Assembly (NCBI GenBank): GCA_050303855.1
Contig: JBNLCO010000010.1
Coordinates: 1 to 30,206 of the forward strand
Reading direction: 5' to 3'
Source: Candidatus Pacearchaeota archaeon
GTDB taxonomy: Archaea > Nanobdellota > Nanobdellia > Pacearchaeales > GW2011-AR1
DNA length: 30,206 bases
The translations under genes were made by a program, and so were the position numbers. The notes below the pieces were generated by a model that saw only the letters and a program-made list of their open reading frames with translations, had not been told where the DNA came from and did not search any database. Of this stretch, positions 9,763 through 18,993 are shown in pieces; the stretch's first letter is position 1; every line of letters starts with the position of its first letter.

Positions 9763-10062
9763 ATGGAAGAAAAACCCATAAGCCCAATCGATTTTAAGAA
9801 TATTCCTGAGGGTTGGGAGAAAGTGGACTTAGGGAACAGTCTTGAGGATAAAGCAAAACAGCTAGATAAGAGAGTGAATAAAGTTGTTTGTATTGTCTAT
9901 CAACTTGAAAAAGACATTAAGAATTATGTAGGAGTATTAGACTCGTTTGTAACAAAGATCTATCAAATAAGTGATCCTGCTGATGATCTAGAATTTGAAT
10001 TTATTGAGGTTGATAAGATAAAAGAATTGTATATGGATTTAAAGCAATATCTCCCAGAGTAA
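9763..10062 (+). CDS. Hypothetical protein
   Basis: 99 aa ORF; 3' end overlaps the convergent methyltransferase gene by 24 nt. Confidence 0.4.
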   Translation: MEEKPISPIDFKNIPEGWEKVDLGNSLEDKAKQLDKRVNKVVCIVYQLEKDIKNYVGVLDSFVTKIYQISDPADDLEFEFIEVDKIKELYMDLKQYLPE

Positions 10063-10602
10063 TAATTCCTCAAAGAAAATCTTTTTTGATTTGACTAATC
10101 TTGATTTGTACCCTAATTTCTGAAAGGGAATTTCTTTTGCTAATGAACTTGTGATTAAGAGAATTCTCCCTGATTTAGAAAGAAAGTTCTTTGCTTGTCT
10201 TAGGAATTTTATAGATAATTCGTTTCCCAATTTACCTCCAGTAGTTGCAATCTTAGAATCTTCTGGTTCGTTTGAGTCCTCTGGAAGATAAGGAGGATTA
10301 AAGATTATGATATCAAACTTCTTTTTTGGTATTTTGGAGAATAAATTTGATTTAACACAATTGAATCCAAGCGATTTACAATGTTTTACTGCCTTTGGAT
10401 TTATGTCTGCTGAGATAATATTTTTAATTTTTATTCCAAGCTGTTTTACTGTTTGTAAATTTATTCCAGATCCAGAACCAATTTCAAGGAAAATTAATTT
10501 TGGATTTGAACCCAACAAATTTGGAACTGTTTGATTCAGGGCTTCTGACATCAAATACGAATCTTCTTCGGGTTGGTATATTTCGGGCATCTTAGAAACC
10601 AA
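10039..10602 (-). CDS. HemK/PrmC-family protein-glutamine N5-methyltransferase, small archaeal Mtq2-like form
   Basis: 187 aa; SAM motif I LEIGSGSG and catalytic NPPY (IIIFNPPYLPED). Confidence 0.75.
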   Translation of the reverse strand: MVSKMPEIYQPEEDSYLMSEALNQTVPNLLGSNPKLIFLEIGSGSGINLQTVKQLGIKIKNIISADINPKAVKHCKSLGFNCVKSNLFSKIPKKKFDIIIFNPPYLPEDSNEPEDSKIATTGGKLGNELSIKFLRQAKNFLSKSGRILLITSSLAKEIPFQKLGYKSRLVKSKKIFFEELLLWEILL

Positions 10603-11194
10603 ATGATCCTAGCAGTTCATAAATCTTATCTCTAAACAGGAACAATCCGGCTAGTACACCTAACATAATAATAAGAAGTATAACTAGAATTACAACCAAG
10701 GACCTTGGCTTTTTACTTGAATTAGGATAGCTAGATGCTCCTTTAGACATAGGAGGTTGTAGGCTGTTTGCCTCTTTTCTTGTGTTTACAGGCATAGGTC
10801 TTTTCATGGTCGTTTTCTTAGGGGAACCGTATGAAGAAACTATTTGTTTTTGATAGTGAGGGGTTTTATGGGGCAACTCACTTTGGCCTGTTTCTTTCGA
10901 AGTTTCAGGAGCTTTTTGTTCTGGATTTACTGAAGGTTTTAAATCTACAGAAGGTTTTGATTTGAATGCAGGTTTTAAATTAGGAGGAGACATGTGAGGA
11001 GGATTACCTGTCTCTTCGGAATCTACATTGGGTGCATTCTTTTTTCCTACAATCTGGGTTTTCAGAATTCCAGCGGCTTCTTCTATATCTTTTTTTGAGT
11101 ATCCTGCATTGTATAAAGACATCATTGCATCATACCAAGAATTTCCTCTTGATAATGCAGAAACAAGACCTCCGTACACCTCTAAATTAACCAT
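10592..11194 (-). CDS. Hypothetical tail-anchored protein: small N-terminal folded segment, long Pro/Ser/Lys-rich low-complexity linker, C-terminal TM helix
   Basis: 200 aa; C-terminal SLVVILVILLIIMLGVLAGLFLF; overlaps the upstream RNase J-like stop (8 nt) and the downstream MTase start (11 nt), so one operon. Confidence 0.5.
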   Translation of the reverse strand: MVNLEVYGGLVSALSRGNSWYDAMMSLYNAGYSKKDIEEAAGILKTQIVGKKNAPNVDSEETGNPPHMSPPNLKPAFKSKPSVDLKPSVNPEQKAPETSKETGQSELPHKTPHYQKQIVSSYGSPKKTTMKRPMPVNTRKEANSLQPPMSKGASSYPNSSKKPRSLVVILVILLIIMLGVLAGLFLFRDKIYELLGSFGF

Positions 11195-12536
11195 CTATCT
11201 TTACCACCTCACCATCCTTTGATAAGTGAATGTGTTCTTTTTCATATCCCATTTCTAAAGCTAGTTCTACCATTGCAGATTCTTGATCTTGAGATCCATG
11301 TGCGGGAATTATGTGGTTTGGTTCAAGTATTTCTACCAAATCCCTTAAATCCCCTCTACCCCCATGACCTGAAACATGGACATCTGTTTGTATTCTAACA
11401 CCTTTAGATCTTAAATGTTTATCCATTCTTGCTCTAGCTTCAATGTTTTCTGGAGCAGGTATTACACTTGAAGAAAATATGACATTATCTCCTTTTTTGA
11501 ATCTAAAATTTGTTTCTTCGTGGGAAATCCTATCTAAAATAGAACCTTTCTCTCCTTGATGACCTGTACAAACAACAAGATACCTTCCTCTATCTTTTTC
11601 AAGTTTTTTTAGGAAAGAATCCACTTGTCTACGATACTTTAGAAGTTTAACATCTCTAAGAAAAGGACATTCTCTTGCTCTATGAGCCGCCATAACATAT
11701 TTGTTTAAACTTCTACCCAGAAACACTATTTCTCGCTTAGTTTTCTTTGCAAAATCAACTATACTCTTTAACCTTGCAATATGGGAAGAAAAAGTCGTTA
11801 TAAAGAACGCACAATTCCTGTCTCTTACTGTTGACATAGCATCTTCTAACAAATGTCTCGCTATTCTCTCGCTGGGAGTTTTTCTATCTGTATCTGCATA
11901 AAGAGAGTCAACTACAAGACACTTTATGGAATTATTTCTTCCTAATTGTTTTAATCTCTTGTAATTTGGAGGAGGCTCCAATACAGGATAATTATCAAAT
12001 TTGAAATCAAGGGCATAAAACATTCCTCCGTCAGAAGAATGCCAGACACAGAAAACACATTGGATTGTTGAGTGTGTGGTGTGGATAAATTCTAATTTTA
12101 AATTTTTCTTGGCACCTTTTATCATTAAAGTTGTATTTGCTTTTACTATCGTTTTTTTGTTGGGCAGTGTTATTTTTTCGTCTTCTAAAATGGATTCCAA
12201 TAATTCCATTGTGAATCTTGTTGCAATTATTTCTGCGTTTGGGTAACGATGTGCAAGATAAGGTAGACCCCCCACATGATCAAGATGGGCATGCCCAATT
12301 ACAATGGCACGAACTTTATCAGACCATCCAAGTCTGTCTAAAACTTTGTCATCGGGTATTGCTTTTACTTCTCTAAGCATATCTTCAGTGTACTTCACAC
12401 GAGTTTCTCTCTCTTGTAGTTCCAATAAAGGTGGCAGATAAATCCCTGCATCAAAAATTATAACATCATCTCCTACTTTCATAGCAGTCATATTCTTACC
12501 AACCTCTTCAAACCCTCCAACTGTACATATCTCCAT
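11187..12536 (-). CDS. RNase J-like beta-CASP metallo-beta-lactamase ribonuclease (archaeal RNase J; aCPSF2 not excluded)
   Basis: 449 aa; N-terminal GGFEEVGKNMTAMKVGDDVIIFDAG resembles the RNase J GGxxEIGKN..DAG start; MBL motif VIGHAHLDHVGGLPYL; C-terminal HVSGHG. Confidence 0.8.
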   Translation of the reverse strand: MEICTVGGFEEVGKNMTAMKVGDDVIIFDAGIYLPPLLELQERETRVKYTEDMLREVKAIPDDKVLDRLGWSDKVRAIVIGHAHLDHVGGLPYLAHRYPNAEIIATRFTMELLESILEDEKITLPNKKTIVKANTTLMIKGAKKNLKLEFIHTTHSTIQCVFCVWHSSDGGMFYALDFKFDNYPVLEPPPNYKRLKQLGRNNSIKCLVVDSLYADTDRKTPSERIARHLLEDAMSTVRDRNCAFFITTFSSHIARLKSIVDFAKKTKREIVFLGRSLNKYVMAAHRARECPFLRDVKLLKYRRQVDSFLKKLEKDRGRYLVVCTGHQGEKGSILDRISHEETNFRFKKGDNVIFSSSVIPAPENIEARARMDKHLRSKGVRIQTDVHVSGHGGRGDLRDLVEILEPNHIIPAHGSQDQESAMVELALEMGYEKEHIHLSKDGEVVKIDG

Positions 12537-12635
12537 TCTATAATAAACCTCAATCCTCTTTTATAAAAATAATTAGGATATTTGGTTTATATATGTTTTC
12601 GGAAAGCTTTTATAATTTCAATTATTGGTTTTGAA

Positions 12636-13055
12636 ATGGAAAAAGAGTTTGAAGGTGTTGATCTCAAAAAGAAATTAAGTCCTGAAGAGTATCGTGTTTT
12701 ACGTGAAAGAGGTACTGAAGCTCCTTTTTCTGGAAAATATGTTGAATTTGATAAAAAAGGTCAGTTTGTATGCAAGGTTTGCGGAAATGTTATTTTTGAT
12801 TCATCGGCAAAGTTTGATTCTGATTGTGGATGGCCGAGTTTTTATGATGCTAAGAAAGACTCCGTTAAGTTAAAAACAGATTTGAGTCATGGCATGATAC
12901 GGAAAGAAGTTATGTGTGCTAAATGTGGAAGTCATTTGGGTCATGTGTTTAAAGATGCACCACACACTCCAACTGGGAACCGATTTTGTATAAATTCGGT
13001 TGCCTTGGATTTCAAGGACAAGAAAGATTATAATAATACTTTTAAGAGAAGATAG
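12636..13055 (+). CDS. msrB: Peptide methionine sulfoxide reductase MsrB
   Basis: Two CxxC pairs (CKVCG, CAKCG), GWPSF, HLGHVF, RFCINS motifs; start placed at the internal Met (MEKEFEG), since the ORF track's upstream extension looks spurious. Confidence 0.88.
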   Translation: MEKEFEGVDLKKKLSPEEYRVLRERGTEAPFSGKYVEFDKKGQFVCKVCGNVIFDSSAKFDSDCGWPSFYDAKKDSVKLKTDLSHGMIRKEVMCAKCGSHLGHVFKDAPHTPTGNRFCINSVALDFKDKKDYNNTFKRR

Positions 13056-13067
13056 TCTGTTAATTTT

Positions 13068-13601
13068 ATGGAAGAGTATGTTAAAAGAATTGATTCATCT
13101 CTTAATTATGTCAAAACACTTTACCCTAATTCCGCACTAGTTCTCCAAGTGGAAAAAGAGGGATTGATGTACGTTTTAAAATTTCCTCGATGGGGACGAC
13201 CAAAATATGTTGAAAATCATTTAAAACAAGAAGTTGACAATTTAAACTTAGCAAAAAATGTTCAAGGTATAACTCACCTGATTAAAAAATATAAGGATAG
13301 GCGGGATTACAAAAACATTATCTTAAAAGAATTCTTTGAGGGAGAACCAGTTTATTCTGTTGGAAAGATTAATGATTCGAAGCTCCAAATTAAATTGAGA
13401 AACACAATTGATGAGTTGCATTCTTTAGGAATTGCCAAACTAGATATAGATAACCAAAATATTGTCATTTCACCTGATAGACAAGATGTATTTTTGGTAG
13501 ATTTGGGTAGCGGCATTTTGGAAAAAAATATGTCTTTGTCTGAATTTCGAAAATTGAAAAAAGGGGATATAAAAGATTTAGAAGAAAATATCTTTCTATA
13601 A
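13068..13601 (+). CDS. Hypothetical protein, possibly a minimal atypical protein-kinase-like fold (Bud32/RIO/Kdo-kinase-like)
   Basis: 177 aa; YVLKF (candidate Lys), LDIDNQNIVIS (catalytic-loop-like D..N), FLVDLGSG (DFG-like); by-eye only, weak. Confidence 0.45.
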   Translation: MEEYVKRIDSSLNYVKTLYPNSALVLQVEKEGLMYVLKFPRWGRPKYVENHLKQEVDNLNLAKNVQGITHLIKKYKDRRDYKNIILKEFFEGEPVYSVGKINDSKLQIKLRNTIDELHSLGIAKLDIDNQNIVISPDRQDVFLVDLGSGILEKNMSLSEFRKLKKGDIKDLEENIFL

Positions 13602-13639
13602 ACAAAAAACTAATATACTTGCTTCCCATTAATTATTTC

Positions 13640-14119
13640 ATGAAAACTGAAAAAATAACATTTGGGGCAGGGTGCTTTTGGCATGTAGAATATGATTTCA
13701 AAAAAGTTGAAGGGGTTGTTAAAACCACAGTTGGATATATGGGAGGAGATGAAAATAAATATCCAAACCCTTCTTACAAAGAAGTGTGTTCGGATAAAAC
13801 TGGCTTTGTTGAAGTTTGTGAGGTGGAATTTGATCCAAAAAAAGTTTCGGTTAAAGAATTGGTAGAAACTTTTTGGGACATTCATGATCCAACTCAAATT
13901 AATAGACAAGGACCAGATGTTGGAAGCCAGTATAAATCAATCATTTTTTATTACAATTTTAAACAAAAGAAAATTGCGGAAGAATCACTTAAAAAACAAG
14001 AAAAAGAAATTGGAAAGAAGATTGTTACAGAAATACGAGAGGCCAGTAAGTTCTACAAAGCAGAAGACTATCATCAAGATTATTTGAATAAGAAGGGTTT
14101 GCAGAGTTGTAGGATTTAG
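13640..14119 (+). CDS. msrA: Peptide methionine sulfoxide reductase MsrA
   Basis: FGAGCFWHVEY active-site motif, GYMGG, EVxFDP; start placed at the internal Met MKTEKITF. Confidence 0.88.
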   Translation: MKTEKITFGAGCFWHVEYDFKKVEGVVKTTVGYMGGDENKYPNPSYKEVCSDKTGFVEVCEVEFDPKKVSVKELVETFWDIHDPTQINRQGPDVGSQYKSIIFYYNFKQKKIAEESLKKQEKEIGKKIVTEIREASKFYKAEDYHQDYLNKKGLQSCRI

Positions 14120-14153
14120 TTAGTTTTTTATATTCGGTTTTATTAGTTATTAT

Positions 14154-14429
14154 ATGAAAGCTTTAATCCCATCTCACAAAGAGAACAAAAGATATTTACT
14201 TGTTAGGGGAAAGAATTGTAGCAAAAATGTTGAGAAAGCAATTTTAGAGTTTGTGGGAAGTTTAGGATTGAGTAAATGTGGTTTGAGTTTTATTAGGTCG
14301 AATAAAGATGATTGTGTAATTTGTATTAATAGAGAATCTGTAGACAAGGTCAGAGCTTCTTTAGTAGTTTATCCTGAAAAAATGGAAGTCTTGAAGGTTT
14401 CTGGGACTTTGAAAGGATTGGGTAAATAA
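14154..14429 (+). CDS. RNase P protein component Pop5 (Rpp14/Rnp2 family), short form
   Basis: 91 aa; N-terminal LIPSHKENKRYLLV resembles the Pop5 LPPTLRDKKRYIAF start and C-terminal VLKVSGTLKGLGK resembles TLGVSGTIKRLKRK; also the conserved position immediately upstream of psmA. Confidence 0.65.
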   Translation: MKALIPSHKENKRYLLVRGKNCSKNVEKAILEFVGSLGLSKCGLSFIRSNKDDCVICINRESVDKVRASLVVYPEKMEVLKVSGTLKGLGK

Positions 14430-14518
14430 ATCACCAAAATCTTTAAATAATCAAGTTCTGGATTAGGATTAGGGTTGTTTTGAGTAAATTAATTAAATAG
14501 GAATTATTAGATTCTAAA

Positions 14519-15235
14519 ATGGATATGAATATGGATATGCAACATCAGGCAATGGGTTACGATCGTACAGCTACAATGTTTTCTCCTGATGGACATTTGT
14601 TACAGGTAGAATATGCTGAAAAGACTGTAAGATTAGGAAGTTCTAGTATCGGAATGTCTTGTACGGACGGTGTTTTTATCTTAGCGGATAAAAGAATCGA
14701 AGATAAACTTATTGTAAGAGAATCTGCTACAAAGGTGTCTGAAATCGATTCGCATATAATCGCGAGTTCAGCAGGAATCCTATCTGATGCTAGAGTTCTT
14801 ATTGAGAGGGCACAAGTTTTATCTCAACAACATAGAGTTACTTATGATTCTGCAATAGAACCTGAATTAATAATAAAAGAAATTGCAAACACAAAACAAC
14901 AGTTTACACAATATGGTGGAGCAAGACCATTTGGTGTTTCAATGATGGTTGCAGGTGTTAATGAAAATAGACCCCAGCTATTTGTCAGCGATATTACTGG
15001 AAATTATTTCTCTTATTATGCAAACTCCATTGGAGAAGGTGATGACAAAATTAAAGAAAAATTAAGAGAAAGGTACAACAAAAACTTAGGAATTAAAGAG
15101 GGTGTTAAGCTTGCTTTAGAAATATTTAAAGAGATAAAGGGAGATAAGTTTGATATAAGTAAATTTGAACTTGCTTACATAGACCAAGATAAGAAGATAA
15201 AAAGAGTTGAAGGTTTAAAGATTGAGGAAATATAA
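14519..15235 (+). CDS. psmA: Proteasome alpha subunit
   Basis: GYDRTATMFSPDGHLLQVEYA signature; four in-frame ATGs at the start (MDMNMDMQ), so the true start may be 14537. Confidence 0.92.
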   Translation: MDMNMDMQHQAMGYDRTATMFSPDGHLLQVEYAEKTVRLGSSSIGMSCTDGVFILADKRIEDKLIVRESATKVSEIDSHIIASSAGILSDARVLIERAQVLSQQHRVTYDSAIEPELIIKEIANTKQQFTQYGGARPFGVSMMVAGVNENRPQLFVSDITGNYFSYYANSIGEGDDKIKEKLRERYNKNLGIKEGVKLALEIFKEIKGDKFDISKFELAYIDQDKKIKRVEGLKIEEI

Positions 15236-15648
15236 TGTTAAGAGAAGAGGACAGTTCAGGAGATAATTTTTACGAGCATTGTTTGAGAAAGGAAATTTCT
15301 AGCCAAAAGGAGTTAAAATTATCCTATTCTCCAGGAGATATGAACCAATTTCATATGTCTGGGATGATGGAAGTTAAAGATATGAATTGTTTAATTGGAT
15401 ATTATCTTGCATTAAGGGATGATGAAAAAGGCGGTAAAAATTTCTTTGTAAATGATCTATTAACCCTTGGAGAGATTGATGAAGGGGAATTAGAGAAAGT
15501 AATTAATTTTAATGAGAAATTTGCAAAAAATCTAGATTGTTCGGGAATCACTGTTGAGGGAGGGGATGATGAAGTGAAGGGTTTTTATGAAAAGAAAGGA
15601 TATATTTTTGAGGAGGGAGAATATATTGGATTTAAAGAATTAAAATAA
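15235..15648 (+). CDS. Hypothetical protein, possibly a minimal GNAT-like acetyltransferase
   Basis: 137 aa; C-terminal VKGFYEKKGYIFEEGEYIGF resembles the GNAT FYEKxGF motif; TAATG overlap with psmA stop. Confidence 0.45.
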   Translation: MLREEDSSGDNFYEHCLRKEISSQKELKLSYSPGDMNQFHMSGMMEVKDMNCLIGYYLALRDDEKGGKNFFVNDLLTLGEIDEGELEKVINFNEKFAKNLDCSGITVEGGDDEVKGFYEKKGYIFEEGEYIGFKELK

Positions 15649-15658
15649 AATTTCTGAG

Positions 15659-15925
15659 ATGAGCATTCAAGATTTAAGAGAAGATTATGGAAAGGCTTGG
15701 GATTTGGACGAGATTGAAATTAGTATGGATTCTAAGTTGAGAGAAATGGGGGCAATTCTTTCTGGAGGAGATTTTGAAAAGGCAGATTTATTTAAAAATT
15801 ATACTAGAAGTTATTTTTTGTTAAGGGAAGCTGCTATGGAAAAAGGTATGGAAGACGAAAAATTAAAAAGGTATGATTCTACTTATCTTAATAATATTGA
15901 AAAATCGGTAAAAGAATTAAAATGA
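15659..15925 (+). CDS. Hypothetical protein (88 aa)
   Basis: ORF in operon context; ATGA overlap with the downstream sdo1 start. Confidence 0.4.
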   Translation: MSIQDLREDYGKAWDLDEIEISMDSKLREMGAILSGGDFEKADLFKNYTRSYFLLREAAMEKGMEDEKLKRYDSTYLNNIEKSVKELK

Positions 15926-16593
15926 CTAACGTAACAGCACGAATTAAGAAAGCAGGGAAACATTTTGAAGTTTTGGTAGATCTTGACGATGCTATGAAAT
16001 TTAAGAGGGGAGAAAGTAGTTTTATTCAGGCTGAAACACAAGATATTTTTAGAGATTTAAAGAAAGGAGATAAAGCCCCTACTTCAGATTTAATGGAAGC
16101 GTTTGGAACAGAAGATGTTAATGAAATAGTTAAGAGGATTGTTAAAGAGGGAGAAATCCAAACAACACAAGAATTTAGGGACGAGGAACATGAGAAAAAG
16201 ATAAAACAAGTTGTAGAATTCTTAGCAAGGAATGCTATTGATCCTCAGACAAGAAATCCCATTACTCCTGAAAGAATAAAGAGTGCTTTAGAACAGGCTC
16301 ATGTTAATATAAAAAATGCTTCAATTGAGAGCCAAATTGGAGATATTTTGGATGCTTTGACAAAGATAATTCCAATAAAGATTTCCACTAAAAAGGTAAA
16401 GGTTACAATTCCTGCTATGCATACTGGAAAAGCTTATGGTGCAATTTCAACTTATAAAAAATCAGAAGATTGGAAAGATGATGGAAGTTTAGAGGTAGTT
16501 GTTGAAGTTCCAGCAGGAATTATTATGGATTTTTACGATAAATTAAATTCTGTAACGCATGGAAGTGCTTTGACTGAAGAGATTAAAGAATAA
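15922..16593 (+). CDS. sdo1: Ribosome maturation protein Sdo1 (SBDS family)
   Basis: 223 aa; N-terminal ARIKKAGKHFEVLVDLDDAMKFKRGE and ..TSDLMEAFGTEDVNEIVKRIVKEGEIQ.. match the SBDS pattern; conserved position upstream of rrp4. Confidence 0.82.
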   Translation: MTNVTARIKKAGKHFEVLVDLDDAMKFKRGESSFIQAETQDIFRDLKKGDKAPTSDLMEAFGTEDVNEIVKRIVKEGEIQTTQEFRDEEHEKKIKQVVEFLARNAIDPQTRNPITPERIKSALEQAHVNIKNASIESQIGDILDALTKIIPIKISTKKVKVTIPAMHTGKAYGAISTYKKSEDWKDDGSLEVVVEVPAGIIMDFYDKLNSVTHGSALTEEIKE

Positions 16594-16602
16594 TTCTATA
16601 AA

Positions 16603-16734
16603 ATGGATGAATATATTAGCAAATTGGATCTAATTAGAGAGAATTACAAAGATTTAAATACTAACTGCCAGACTGAAATAGTAGATAGATTGTACTTCAA
16701 AATTAAAAATAGTAAAGATTTTGACAAAGATTAA
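16603..16734 (+). CDS. Possible small ORF (43 aa, MDEYISKLDLIRENYKDLNTNCQTEIVDRLYFKIKNSKDFDKD) between sdo1 and rrp4
   Basis: Not in the ORF track (below length cutoff); fills the sdo1-rrp4 gap exactly and ends 1 nt before the rrp4 ATG; no recognised homology. Confidence 0.2.
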   Translation: MDEYISKLDLIRENYKDLNTNCQTEIVDRLYFKIKNSKDFDKD

Positions 16735-16735
16735 G

Positions 16736-17473
16736 ATGGCTGAGAGAAAAGTTGTAATACCAGGAGAAGAAATTGTTTCTAGCGAGGGTTATTTACCTGG
16801 GGAGAATACCGAGAAAAGAGGAGAATCTATTGTTTCTTTGAGATTTGGACTTGCTGAAGAAATAAATAAGCTTGTGAAAGTTATTCCTTTATCTGGAGCT
16901 TACGTTCCAAGAAGAGGTAATGTTGTTATAGGAAAAGTTGAAATGCTTACTGGAAACGGTTGGGTTTTTGACATTGGTGGTGCAGATAACGGATTTTTAT
17001 CTTTGAATGAGGTTCCAAGATATGTTAATCAAAATGCAATGGATGAAGTTTTCAAAATAGGAGAGATGGCAGTTCTTAAGATTTGGAATATTGGAGGAAG
17101 AGGTATTGATTTAAGTATTAAATCAAGAGGATTAGGAAGAATTGATGAAGGAATTGTGTTTAAGGTTAATCCAAATAAAGTACCAAGAATAATTGGTAAA
17201 GAAGGGAGTATGATAAAGCTGATTAAAGAAAATACTAACTGCGATATAACTGTTGGGCAGAATGGATACGTCTGGATTGTTGGAGATAAGGTGGAGGATG
17301 AGATATTTGGAAGAAAAGCGATTGATTATGTTGTTGAAAATTCATTTGTTGAAGGTTTGACTGATTCTGTTGAGAAATGGTTTGAATCTCAAGGAATTAA
17401 GATTAAAAGATCAATGAGTGATATACAGGATGAAGTTACTGCAGAAGTTGAAGCAATGGAGGATGGAGAATAA
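16736..17473 (+). CDS. rrp4: Exosome complex RNA-binding subunit Rrp4 (S1 + KH)
   Basis: S1-like central domain, KH GxxG motif IIGKEGSMIKLIKE; start placed at ATG 16736, since the track's TTG extension is unlikely. Confidence 0.9.
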   Translation: MAERKVVIPGEEIVSSEGYLPGENTEKRGESIVSLRFGLAEEINKLVKVIPLSGAYVPRRGNVVIGKVEMLTGNGWVFDIGGADNGFLSLNEVPRYVNQNAMDEVFKIGEMAVLKIWNIGGRGIDLSIKSRGLGRIDEGIVFKVNPNKVPRIIGKEGSMIKLIKENTNCDITVGQNGYVWIVGDKVEDEIFGRKAIDYVVENSFVEGLTDSVEKWFESQGIKIKRSMSDIQDEVTAEVEAMEDGE

Positions 17474-18183
17474 TGGCAGAATTTAAGAGACCAGACGGAA
17501 GAAAAGTGAATGAAATGAGGCCTTTCGAGGCTAAAGTTGGAGTAATTCCAAATGCAGATGGAAGTGCAATGTATAAATCAGGAGATACTATTGCAATAGC
17601 TGCTGTTTACGGTCCAAAGAAAATGCATCCACAGCATTCACAAAATCCTGAAAAGGGAACTTTGAGATGCACTTACAATATGAATAGTTTTTCAGTTTCG
17701 GAGAGAATAAGACCTGGACCTTCAAGAAGAAGTATGGAAATTTCTAAGATAACTGAGTGGGCTCTAGAACCAGCTGTAATGTTGGAAGCTTATCCTAATC
17801 AGGTTGTTGATGTTCACATAAATATAATTCAAGCAGACGCTGGAACAAGATGTGCTGGGATAAATGCGGCTGCGATGGCTCTTGCTCACGCAGGAATACC
17901 TATGAAAGATATGGTTTGTTCTGTTTCTGTTGGTAAATTGGATAAGACTGTTGTGGTTGATTTAGACAAAACTGAAGAAGACTTTGAAGAAGGAGAAGGT
18001 CCAACGGATATCCCAATATCTATGACAAATTCAGGAGAGATAACTCACTTGCAATTAGATGGTAAAATAAATGCTTCACAATTAAAAGAAGCAATTGAAA
18101 TGGCTAAAGAAGCATGTAAACAAATTTATGAAGCTCAAAAAGAAGCATTAAAGAATGCAGTAGATATGGAGGGTAAAAAATGA
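17473..18183 (+). CDS. rrp41: Exosome complex exonuclease Rrp41 (RNase PH domain)
   Basis: RPDGRKVNEMRPFEAKVGVIPNADGSAMYKSGDTIAIAAVYGP classic Rrp41 N-terminus; ATGA-type overlap with rrp4. Confidence 0.9.
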   Translation: MAEFKRPDGRKVNEMRPFEAKVGVIPNADGSAMYKSGDTIAIAAVYGPKKMHPQHSQNPEKGTLRCTYNMNSFSVSERIRPGPSRRSMEISKITEWALEPAVMLEAYPNQVVDVHINIIQADAGTRCAGINAAAMALAHAGIPMKDMVCSVSVGKLDKTVVVDLDKTEEDFEEGEGPTDIPISMTNSGEITHLQLDGKINASQLKEAIEMAKEACKQIYEAQKEALKNAVDMEGKK

Positions 18184-18992
18184 GCGGAGAAGGAATTGAA
18201 ATAACATCCGATGTGAATGGAAGAAGAATAAAGAAATACCTAGACGAAGGTAAAAGATTTGATGGTAGAAAGCCAGAAGAATTTAGAGAACTAGTTATAG
18301 AGAGAGGTGTTTCAAAAAAGGCTGAAGGATCTGTTAAAGTTAAGTTAGGAAAGACGGAAGTTATTGTTGGAGTTAAATTAGATGTTGGTACACCATATCC
18401 TGATTCAAAAGATAAAGGAAATTTGATGGTGACTGCTGAGATTTTACCTTTGAGTTCTCCAAGAATAGAGTTAGGAAAGCCAGGATTTGATTCCATTGAG
18501 TTAGGAAGAGTTATTGATAGAGGAATTAGGGAAAGTAAATTAATTGATTTAGGAAAATTATGTATAACTGAAGGAGAAAAAGTTTGGACTGTATTTATTG
18601 ATATTTATTCAATAAATGACGATGGAAATTTACTTGATGCTGCTGGAATTGGAGCATTAGCTGCTTTGAAAGTTGCGAAGGTTCCCAAGTATGATAAAGA
18701 AAATGAGAAAATACTTTATGGAGAATATGAAGGAGATTTGCCCTTGAATAATGTTAATCCAATTTCGATAACTGTTCACAAAGTTGGAAATGGTCTATTG
18801 GTAGATCCTACAAGAGAAGAAGAAGATGTAAGTGAAACAAGAATAACTATGGGTGTTTCTGAGGGAGTTATTTCATCAATGCAGAAAGGTAATTCTAAAC
18901 CACTTAAGACTGAAGAAGTTATAAATGCTATAGAAATGGGAGAAAAAGTTTGGGGGGAATTGTTTAAAAACCTAGAAAAACAACTGAAATAA
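18180..18992 (+). CDS. rrp42: Exosome complex subunit Rrp42 (inactive RNase PH-like)
   Basis: 270 aa RNase PH-fold protein directly after rrp41 with a 4-nt overlap. Confidence 0.88.
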   Translation: MSGEGIEITSDVNGRRIKKYLDEGKRFDGRKPEEFRELVIERGVSKKAEGSVKVKLGKTEVIVGVKLDVGTPYPDSKDKGNLMVTAEILPLSSPRIELGKPGFDSIELGRVIDRGIRESKLIDLGKLCITEGEKVWTVFIDIYSINDDGNLLDAAGIGALAALKVAKVPKYDKENEKILYGEYEGDLPLNNVNPISITVHKVGNGLLVDPTREEEDVSETRITMGVSEGVISSMQKGNSKPLKTEEVINAIEMGEKVWGELFKNLEKQLK

Positions 18993-18993
18993 G

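Noticed and set aside
10307-10534. 75-aa ORF antisense to the methyltransferase gene
   Set aside because: Shadow ORF within a gene supported by SAM and NPPY motifs.
11028-11901. ORFs 11028-11222 and 11701-11901 on the plus strand
   Set aside because: Antisense to the tail-anchored protein and RNase J-like genes.
13610-14087. ORFs 13610-13909 (minus strand) and 13884-14087 (plus strand)
   Set aside because: Both overlap msrA, which carries the GCFWH active-site motif; these are alternative-frame or antisense shadow ORFs.
14430-14518. Short tandem ggattaggattagggtt upstream of psmA
   Set aside because: Only about 2.5 units; most likely fortuitous in the promoter or intergenic region.
18104-18496. 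130-aa minus-strand ORF across the rrp41/rrp42 junction
   Set aside because: Antisense to two exosome genes.
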